Below, piece after piece: positions 16,522 to 21,544 of a DNA stretch of 21,544 nt. Location of the stretch: positions 1-21,544 of the forward strand of contig JAYVCD010000092.1 of the NCBI GenBank assembly GCA_043750125.1. The letters run 5' to 3'. The notes beneath the pieces are model-generated. The model searched no databases. It had not been told where the DNA came from and worked only from the letters and a program-made list of their open reading frames with translations. Source of the DNA: Archangiaceae bacterium. GTDB taxonomy: Bacteria > Myxococcota > Myxococcia > Myxococcales > Myxococcaceae. The position numbers were made by a program, and so were the translations under genes. How positions within the stretch are numbered: the first letter of the stretch is position 1; every line of letters begins with the position of its first letter.

Positions 16522-17733
16522 ATGCTTCGCACCGTCTGGTTGTTGCTGTGTGTTGCGTTGGCGCCTTCGGCGGTCTTGGCGCAGACGACCCCTCCGATTG
16601 ACGAACCTCGGATCATCGTCGTCCCCGTTCCGTCCGAGGCGGTGCCCGATGCGGGGCAGTCGACAGCATTGCCGCCTCCGCCGATGCCGCCCCCAGAGCC
16701 GATCGCCGAGCCGCCCCGAGCGGCGCCTCCGGTCGATGCGCCCGCCCTTCCACCTCCGCTCGAGCCGACTCCCCAGGTGGTTCCGGTGGACCCCAACCTG
16801 GATCCCGCCTCGATTCGCCAACCGCCGAGCGCGATGCTCGATGGCCACCCGCGCGAGGGCTCGTTTCTTTCCGGCCCGGGCAGCTTTGCCTTCTTGTTGC
16901 ACCACACCCTGATGGGAAGCGTGGGGTTGCTGGCGACCCAGATGGTTCCGAGAATCTCGACCGAGATCAATTACAAGCGCGACCATCCGGAGTGCCTGTC
17001 GACCCCGGGCAGCTGTTACGACTGGGGCAGTGGTGACGCGCGCGTGGCCTACCTGGTCGGTGGGCTGGTCGGGGCAGGCGTCGGCTTCGCCAGCGCGGCC
17101 TTCTGGCAGTTCTACAACTGGATGAGCACCAACACCGCGACGTTCGGAATCGTGAACTCGTTGATTGGGGCGCTGTTTGGAATCGGGCTCACCAACGCGT
17201 TCACGACCGATCCCACTCCGATTGCGTACATCGGGCTGATCGGTGCCCTGGGTGGAGCCTGGCTGACCGCGATCATCGGCGGCGGCGAGATGACGACGAG
17301 CAAAGGCCTGATGATCACCAGTGGCGCGGCGTGGGCTGCGATCTACACCGCGTTGATCCTGGGCATCATCGCCAGCACCGGCGGGCCTGCGACCCCCCGC
17401 GGTGGCATCGATGCGCTGTTGATCATGCCGGCGGTAGGCGCGTCGGCGTTGGCGATCGCGGGGCTCAAGTTCCACCCCAGCAGCGAACAGATTCTCCGGG
17501 CCGACCTGTTTGGCGGTGGCGTGGGCGTGGTGGTGTTCCTTCTCTCAGCGGTCGTCGCTCCCGGCCAGTTCAAGAGCGCGGTGCCGTACGTGCTCGCCGG
17601 GCTGACTGCGGCGGGCGCGAAGGTGATCGTCTCGTTGCTTTGGGCGGACACAGTGAACGCACCTGCTTCACCCTCGGCGTTCTATTACCGGGACCCCGAG
17701 CTCGATCGGCCGTACAGCCGGGTCTGGTGGTGA
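16522..17733 (+). CDS. Hypothetical membrane protein: signal peptide, Pro-rich linker, about 8 Gly-rich hydrophobic helices
   Basis: ATG 16522 opens MLRTVWLLLCVALAPSAVLAQ. The ORF-track start at 16405 overlaps the divergent gene. Then ~90 aa of P-rich sequence and repeated GxxxG helices. Confidence 0.8.
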   Translation: MLRTVWLLLCVALAPSAVLAQTTPPIDEPRIIVVPVPSEAVPDAGQSTALPPPPMPPPEPIAEPPRAAPPVDAPALPPPLEPTPQVVPVDPNLDPASIRQPPSAMLDGHPREGSFLSGPGSFAFLLHHTLMGSVGLLATQMVPRISTEINYKRDHPECLSTPGSCYDWGSGDARVAYLVGGLVGAGVGFASAAFWQFYNWMSTNTATFGIVNSLIGALFGIGLTNAFTTDPTPIAYIGLIGALGGAWLTAIIGGGEMTTSKGLMITSGAAWAAIYTALILGIIASTGGPATPRGGIDALLIMPAVGASALAIAGLKFHPSSEQILRADLFGGGVGVVVFLLSAVVAPGQFKSAVPYVLAGLTAAGAKVIVSLLWADTVNAPASPSAFYYRDPELDRPYSRVWW

Positions 17734-18017
17734 AACCGAGGCGGCCGAAAAAGCCTCGGCTTTCGCTGCAGTACAAGGTGGTCGAGTTGTCGAGCGTCGA
17801 TGAGTCGGCGATCGAGGAGGCGTTGAACGCCTGGTGCTCGCAGGGCTGGACGCTCGATGGGATTCAGTTCGCGATGCGAGAATCGTCAAAGCGGCCCTCG
17901 ATGGCGTTCGTCCTCTTTACCCGCGAGGGCCCGCCGGTTAGAGAAGCCCCGAAGCAAAGCCCCGCAGTCAGTGCGAGGCAGAGGTTGGCGCAGCTGGCTG
18001 GAGAAGACGACGCGTGA
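17730..18017 (+). CDS. DUF4177-like small protein
   Basis: QYKVVEL...IEEALNAWCSQGWTL...FVLFTRE pattern; GTGA overlaps at both ends. It is the C-terminal part of ORF 17331..18017. Start codon moderately uncertain. Confidence 0.78.
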   Translation: MKPRRPKKPRLSLQYKVVELSSVDESAIEEALNAWCSQGWTLDGIQFAMRESSKRPSMAFVLFTREGPPVREAPKQSPAVSARQRLAQLAGEDDA

Positions 18018-18571
18018 GCAGTTTTCGTAAATCGCTAAGAGTGGTCGGTGAGAAGGAAGGCTCGCTATACCCGAAGGCGTCGCTGTTTCTGCGCGGCGGG
18101 GCGCGGGCCATCGATCTGGCGATCGCCTGGGTGCTCTATGTGAGCACCGGGCCGGCGGGGGTCGTCGTCGCGCTGCTGTACACCTTGTTCGCCGATGGAA
18201 TGCTGCAGGGTCAAAGCCTGGGCAAGAAGCTGTTCGGAGTGAAAGTCGTGTACCTCCCGACCGGGCAGGGCGCGCGTCACCGCGACAGCGTGCTGCGCAA
18301 TTCACCTTTCGGGCTGGTGATCATTTTGGGAATGATGCCGGACCTCGGCCTGCGCGCCTTCATCGCCGGGTGTGCGGTGGTGGGCACGCTCGAGCTGGTG
18401 AAGGTGATTCGTGATCCGCTCGGGTTGAGGCTTGGAGATCTCTGGGCCAACACCCAGGTCACCGACGGGAAGGTCGTGTCGGGCGAAGGGCTGATGGCGC
18501 CTGCCCAGCGTGAAGCCAGCGCGACCGGACGCGCGATGTTGGAGCGTCCTTCGCCGCCGCGAACCGAGTAG
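18014..18571 (+). CDS. RDD family membrane protein
   Basis: ASLFLRGGARAID, GQSLGKKLFGVKVV, LRN and RLGDLWANTQV motifs; GTGA overlap. Confidence 0.92.
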   Translation: MSSFRKSLRVVGEKEGSLYPKASLFLRGGARAIDLAIAWVLYVSTGPAGVVVALLYTLFADGMLQGQSLGKKLFGVKVVYLPTGQGARHRDSVLRNSPFGLVIILGMMPDLGLRAFIAGCAVVGTLELVKVIRDPLGLRLGDLWANTQVTDGKVVSGEGLMAPAQREASATGRAMLERPSPPRTE

Positions 18572-18609
18572 AGAGTCGAAGCACCGTAAAGCAAAATCGA
18601 GGGGCAACC

Positions 18610-20733
18610 ATGCGCATCGCGCTGACCCACAACTTGCGTCTGACCGACGCAGAAGACGAAGCAGAGTTCGACACCGAAGAGACTGTCAGCGCGCTGGCCG
18701 CAGCGATCGAGCGGCTGGGCCATCGCCTCGAGCGCTTCGAGGTCTCGGGGCCCGCGTCTCGAACGGTCGCGCGCCTCGAGGCCTATTCCCCCGACTTGAT
18801 TTTCAACACCGCCGAAGGCCGCCGCGGACGTTTCCGGGAAGCCTTTTTCCCCGCGCTGTTCGACGAGCTCGGCTTTCCGTACACCGGCTCTGACGCCTAC
18901 GCGCTGGCGGTGACGCTCGACAAGCAGCTCACCAAGCTCATCTTGCGCGAGCACGGCGTTCGCACCCCCGGTTGGCAGTTCGTCGAGAAGCTGTCGGATC
19001 TCAAACCCGACAACCTTCACTTTCCGGTGATCGTGAAGCCGAACTTCGAAGGTTCTTCGAAAGGCATCAGCCAGGACTCGATTGCCGAGACGGTCGATTC
19101 GCTCAAAGCGAAAGTGGCGGCGGCGCTCGAGCGCTACCCGGCCGGCCTGTTGGTCGAGGAATACATTGCCGGGCGGGATCTGACCGTTCCGTTCCTCCAG
19201 ATGGTGGACAACGACTTCGGGGGAGTCCTCTCGCCGGTCGAGTACGTGGTGGACCCAGGCCAGGCGCCGCGCAAGTGGCAGATCTACGACTACGAGCTGA
19301 AGACCCGGTACGACAAGGCGGTCACCGTCCGGGCGCCGGCGAAGATCAGCGTCGAGATGAGCGAGAAGGTCCGCCAGTCGGCGCAGAAGATTTTCTCAGT
19401 GCTCGACTGCCGCGACCTGGGGCGCATCGACTTTCGGCTTTCGGATGCAGGGGTTCCGTATTTTCTGGAAATCAACGCGCTGCCCTCGCTGGAACCAGGG
19501 GCGGGCATCTACGCGGCTGGTGAGCTCGAAGGGCTTCACTTCGATGCGGTGATCGGCGCGGTGATCGCGTCGGCTGCCAAGCGCCACAAGATCAAAGACT
19601 CGACGCGCAGCAAGGGAAAGCCCACGCGCAAGGGCCCGCTGAAGGTCGGCTTCACCTTCAACGTGAAGCGGATCAAGCCGACGTTCGACGCGTCGGAAGA
19701 CTCGCACGCCGAGTACGACTCGCCGAGCACGCTGCAGGCGATTCGCGAATCGATTTCGTCCTGGGGTCACGAGGTGATTGATCTCGAGGCGACTCCCGAG
19801 CTGCCGGCCGAGCTCGCGGCGAACCCGGTCGACATCGTCTTCAACATCGCCGAAGGCTTCCGGGGCCGAAACCGCGAGAGCCAGGTTCCGGCTTTGCTCG
19901 AGCTGCTCGACATTCCGTATACCGGCTCGGACCCCGCGACCCTCGCGCTCGCGCTCGACAAGGCGCTGGCGAAGAAAGTGGTTCGCCAGGCGGGAATTCA
20001 CACTCCCAACTTCCAGCTGATGACCACCGGGAAAGAGCGGCTCGACAAGCAGTTCGAGGTCTGGCCGCTGATGGTCAAGCCCGTCGCCGAAGGAAGCAGC
20101 AAGGGAGTGCTGGCCAAGAGCGTTGTCCACAACGAGGCCGAGCTGCGCGAGGTGGTCAAAGAGATGGTGGGCCGCTACCAGCAGCCGGCGTTGGTCGAAG
20201 AGTTCGTCGGCGGTCGCGAGTTCACGGTGGGCTTGTTGGGAGAGCGACGCCCCAAAGCGCTGCCTCCGATGGAAATCGTGTTCCTCGACAAGAGCGACAA
20301 GACGCCCATTTACCGGTTCGAAGACAAGCTCGAGAGCAACGATCGCATTCGCTACGACGTGCCGGCCAAGCTGGACCCCGGCCAAATCGACCGGCTCAAG
20401 TCGGCGGCGCGCGGCGCGTTCATGGCGTTGGGCTGCCGCGACGTGGCTCGAATCGACTTTCGAATGGACGATCGCGGGCGCTTCACCTTTCTCGAATGCA
20501 ACCCGTTGCCTGGCCTGACCCCCGCCTGGAGCGACCTGGTGTTGATTTCCAACGGCGCGGGCATGGACTACCGGACGCTGATTGGTGAAATCCTCTCGGG
20601 CGCAATTCGCCGGTACAAGGAACGCGAGGCCCGGCGGGCGATTCACGAGCTCGAGAAGCCGACCGGCGCCAACGGCAACGGGCACGTCGAGGTCTTGACC
20701 CCCGCGGCCAGCCCGACGGTGGACCGCGGGTGA
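18610..20733 (+). CDS. D-Ala-D-Ala ligase-like protein with two tandem ATP-grasp ligase domains
   Basis: Two full copies of PYTGS...DK, P..VKP..EGSSKG, VEE(Y/F)..GR, RIDFR and LExNxLP (about 18610-19590 and 19640-20620), joined by a basic linker. SD GAGGGG. Confidence 0.9.
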   Translation: MRIALTHNLRLTDAEDEAEFDTEETVSALAAAIERLGHRLERFEVSGPASRTVARLEAYSPDLIFNTAEGRRGRFREAFFPALFDELGFPYTGSDAYALAVTLDKQLTKLILREHGVRTPGWQFVEKLSDLKPDNLHFPVIVKPNFEGSSKGISQDSIAETVDSLKAKVAAALERYPAGLLVEEYIAGRDLTVPFLQMVDNDFGGVLSPVEYVVDPGQAPRKWQIYDYELKTRYDKAVTVRAPAKISVEMSEKVRQSAQKIFSVLDCRDLGRIDFRLSDAGVPYFLEINALPSLEPGAGIYAAGELEGLHFDAVIGAVIASAAKRHKIKDSTRSKGKPTRKGPLKVGFTFNVKRIKPTFDASEDSHAEYDSPSTLQAIRESISSWGHEVIDLEATPELPAELAANPVDIVFNIAEGFRGRNRESQVPALLELLDIPYTGSDPATLALALDKALAKKVVRQAGIHTPNFQLMTTGKERLDKQFEVWPLMVKPVAEGSSKGVLAKSVVHNEAELREVVKEMVGRYQQPALVEEFVGGREFTVGLLGERRPKALPPMEIVFLDKSDKTPIYRFEDKLESNDRIRYDVPAKLDPGQIDRLKSAARGAFMALGCRDVARIDFRMDDRGRFTFLECNPLPGLTPAWSDLVLISNGAGMDYRTLIGEILSGAIRRYKEREARRAIHELEKPTGANGNGHVEVLTPAASPTVDRG

Positions 20734-21544
20734 GCGGCCCTTTGCTGACCCAGCCCCGGGTGCGTGCCCGCGAGCTCGGCCTTCCCCTGGGTCGCTTTCG
20801 CCCGGGCAAGTTCAATGCGATTACCGACGTCGAAGGCGTGCTGGTCGGCCACAGCACCATCATCCGGGGGGAAGGAAAGCTTCACGCGGGGAAGGGCCCG
20901 GTGCGCACCGGCGTCACCGCGATTCTTCCGAACGAGAGCAACATCTTCATGGACCGCCTGGCCGGAGGAGCGTTCGTCCTCAACGGCGCCGGCGAGGTCA
21001 GCGGCCTGACCCAGGTGGTCGAATGGGGGCTGATCGAGACTCCGATTCTGCTCACCAACACGATGTCGGTCGGGGCGGTGTCGGACGCGGTCGCCCGGTA
21101 CATGGTCGCCAAGCACCCGGGCATCGGGGAAGAGCACGACGTGATCATCCCGGTCGTGGGCGAGTGCGACGACAGCTGGCTCAACGACATCAGCGGAAAT
21201 CACGTGCGCGAAGAGCATGTGCGCGAGGCGATCGACGGGGCCAAGACCGGGGTGGTCGCCGAGGGTGGGGTGGGCGGCGGCACGGGGATGATCACCTGCG
21301 ACTTCAAAGGCGGCATCGGCACCAGCTCTCGAAAGCTGCCCGAGGTGTTCGGCGGCTACACCCTGGGCGTTCTGGTGATGAGCAACTTCGGCAAGATGCA
21401 CAACCTGCGGGTGGCGGGGATGCCGGTGGGCGAGGTGCTGGCCGAGAAGTTCAAGAAGACCGCGCGGCGCGAGCACAGCTACGGCAGCATCATCGCGATC
21501 GTCGCCACCGACGCGCCGCTGCTGCCGCACCAGTTGAACCGGCT
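20730..21544 (+). CDS. dmpA: DmpA-like (P1/S58 family) aminopeptidase, 3'-truncated
   Basis: Translated by hand from GTG 20730 (GTGA overlap): RARELG...PGKFNAITDVEGVLVGH, VRTGVTAILP, VLNGAGEVSG, TPILLTNT, PVVGECDDSWLND, EGGVGGGTGM, FKGGIGTSSR, SNFG and YG/SIIAIVATDAPL. Missing from the ORF track because there is no stop in the window. Confidence 0.93.
   Translation, partial: MSGPLLTQPRVRARELGLPLGRFRPGKFNAITDVEGVLVGHSTIIRGEGKLHAGKGPVRTGVTAILPNESNIFMDRLAGGAFVLNGAGEVSGLTQVVEWGLIETPILLTNTMSVGAVSDAVARYMVAKHPGIGEEHDVIIPVVGECDDSWLNDISGNHVREEHVREAIDGAKTGVVAEGGVGGGTGMITCDFKGGIGTSSRKLPEVFGGYTLGVLVMSNFGKMHNLRVAGMPVGEVLAEKFKKTARREHSYGSIIAIVATDAPLLPHQLNR

Noticed and set aside
18610-20733. Calling the ligase ddl or a van resistance gene
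   Set aside because: Canonical Ddl N-terminal motifs are absent, the domain is duplicated, and there is no mur or vanH/vanX context.
19396-21530. - strand ORFs 19396..20685 and 20643..21530
   Set aside because: Antisense shadows of the ligase and the DmpA-like gene; the + frames carry the family motifs.

Overview
GC-rich, densely coding bacterial DNA whose gene content suggests a myxobacterium (Myxococcota; inference). I find 18 protein-coding genes, two of them cut by the window edges, and no rRNA, tRNA, CRISPR array or mobile element. Left to right: RlmI-like methyltransferase (5'-truncated); a probably inactive alpha/beta hydrolase; a lipoprotein subtilase with a C-terminal membrane domain and a coupled small DUF5818-like gene; a CPBP intramembrane protease (- strand); a + strand operon of putative outer-membrane beta-barrel, RavA/MoxR-type AAA+ ATPase, VWA protein and PspA/IM30 (ESCRT-III superfamily) protein; a - strand DUF1592 / Tat-exported DUF1552 / Cip1-like lipoprotein module behind a gamma-carbonic anhydrase gene; and a + strand run of Pro-rich membrane protein, DUF4177, RDD, a tandem two-domain Ddl-like ATP-grasp ligase and a DmpA-like peptidase (3'-truncated, absent from the ORF track). 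The best candidate for an undescribed system is the barrel-AAA-VWA-PspA operon, a possible bacterial membrane-remodelling machine. Next are the tandem ligase plus DmpA pair and the DUF1592/DUF1552/Cip1 module. All family calls come from reading motifs by eye; no database search was run.
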